The position numbers were made by a program, and so were the translations under genes. The notes under the pieces are model-generated. The model made no database searches and was not told the origin of the DNA. It saw only the letters and a list, made by a program, of their open reading frames with translations. Below, in pieces: positions 63,245 to 64,000 of a stretch of 64,000 nucleotides of DNA. The stretch comes from a virus. Its lineage: Duplodnaviria > Heunggongvirae > Uroviricota > Caudoviricetes. The first letter of the stretch is position 1. The number at the start of each line of letters is the position of its first letter. Location of the stretch: IMG/VR virus record IMGVR_UViG_3300028586_000764; one strand, given 5' to 3'.

Positions 63245-63574
63245 TCACGCAGATGCCTTCTGGTGGGCAGTTCCGACTAGCACCATGAGCGTCACCGGCA
63301 CCAGCGCAAGGGGAACTATCAAGAAATCGGACCAAGCATGTGCGGCGCCAAACGCGGCAGCGCCCATCGCGCTAAGGCAGGTGCCTGTCATCAACAGCTG
63401 GCCAAGCATACGCTCGGCCATGTGCCGCTTGAAGGTCTGGTCAACGGAACAGCCCTGTTTGCTCGCGCGGACCTGCACCTGCGCCAACACCTGGCGATAG
63501 TCAGTCCGCGGGCCGAAAAGCTGAACCGAAGCCGCGCCGGCGAGAATATTGGAGACGGCCCAGCGGTTACGCAT
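63245..63574 (-). CDS. hypothetical membrane protein (about 109 aa)
   Basis: There is an AAGGGG RBS before the triple ATG. The C-terminus has hydrophobic helices. Confidence 0.5.
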   Translation of the reverse strand: MRNRWAVSNILAGAASVQLFGPRTDYRQVLAQVQVRASKQGCSVDQTFKRHMAERMLGQLLMTGTCLSAMGAAAFGAAHAWSDFLIVPLALVPVTLMVLVGTAHQKASA

Positions 63575-63584
63575 CATCATCCCC

Positions 63585-63953
63585 TTATTTTTTCGAGGTA
63601 CCACGAGAGAAAATCGAAGCCGCTGCAGCACGCAGTTTACCGGCCACGAACTGGACGGCACCGCCGATGGCCCGTACTACTGGTCGCATTGCGAGTACGA
63701 TGCCAAGCGAAACAAACAGAGACGGTCCATACTCGAGCGTCATGGCAGCTCGCTCGGCCGGCAAGGCCCAGTTTTGAATGCTGCTGAGGTCCGCGGCGAG
63801 CCAAGCAGATGCCATCGTGAAAACCATGGTGTAGGCAGTCGCCCACACATATTCGTGCAGCCCCTGGTTACGCCGCTTGATGCAGCCGAGTAGGCGCATA
63901 AGGCTGGCCATGAACAGAACGCTTGGCAGCGCAATCGACAAAAATAGAGCCAT
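63585..63953 (-). CDS. hypothetical membrane protein (122 aa)
   Basis: The protein has 3-4 hydrophobic helices and the RBS is weak. Confidence 0.5.
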   Translation of the reverse strand: MALFLSIALPSVLFMASLMRLLGCIKRRNQGLHEYVWATAYTMVFTMASAWLAADLSSIQNWALPAERAAMTLEYGPSLFVSLGIVLAMRPVVRAIGGAVQFVAGKLRAAAASIFSRGTSKK

Positions 63954-64000
63954 TTTTCACCAATACTGGATAGGTCCGCGCCGCTCTTCCAAAGGAGCTT

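Noticed and set aside
1-64000. CRISPR arrays, IS elements/transposases, integrase or att sites
   Set aside because: No regularly spaced direct repeats and no transposase or integrase-like ORFs were seen. The only mobile elements are the group II intron and the intein.

Overview
The window is 64 kb of about 58-60% GC, gene-dense prokaryotic DNA in which genes on both strands are punctuated by many clean rho-independent terminators. Several well-supported hallmark genes indicate a phage origin. These are rIIA (GHKL-ATPase N-box, G1 and G2 motifs alignable with T4 rIIA) and rIIB. There is also a family-A DNA polymerase with an N-terminal 3'-5' exonuclease domain and an intein inside the polymerase motif. 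In addition there is a CHC2-zinc-finger/Toprim primase, two DnaQ-like DEDDh exonucleases, a Nudix hydrolase, a dimeric-dUTPase-like protein, an SbcD/Mre11-like phosphoesterase, and DUF4031, T5orf172 and AlbA_2 proteins. No capsid, tail, portal or terminase gene is visible. The most likely reading is therefore the replication/auxiliary region of a large virulent (possibly jumbo) phage, or a phage-derived element. A chromosomal island cannot be excluded from the sequence alone. Mixed in are host-like membrane and stress modules. These are a flotillin/NfeD (yqiJK-like) operon, a CDF transporter, MscS, a TonB-ExbB-X-ExbD cluster, a TerD plus TerD-vWA pair, and many lipoproteins and membrane proteins, including two tandem paralogue pairs. 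Also present are a group II intron encoding an RT/maturase/HNH protein and two large secreted proteins built from Ig-like (choice-of-anchor-D-like) repeats. The most striking feature not explained by gene content is a bipartite element, about GCTAYAC-N5-AGGNCAAY (core GGCTATAC ... AGGACAAC). It recurs at least 25 times, always in coding orientation, 10-50 nt upstream of start codons, and is a candidate element-specific promoter or 5' leader. A second, AT-rich, near-identical 23-nt element occurs twice, and AATTGT repeats cluster around an HTH regulator gene. No tRNA, rRNA or CRISPR array was recognised. Coordinates of short motifs were read by eye and may be off by 1-2 nt. Protein family calls come from recalled motifs, not from database searches.
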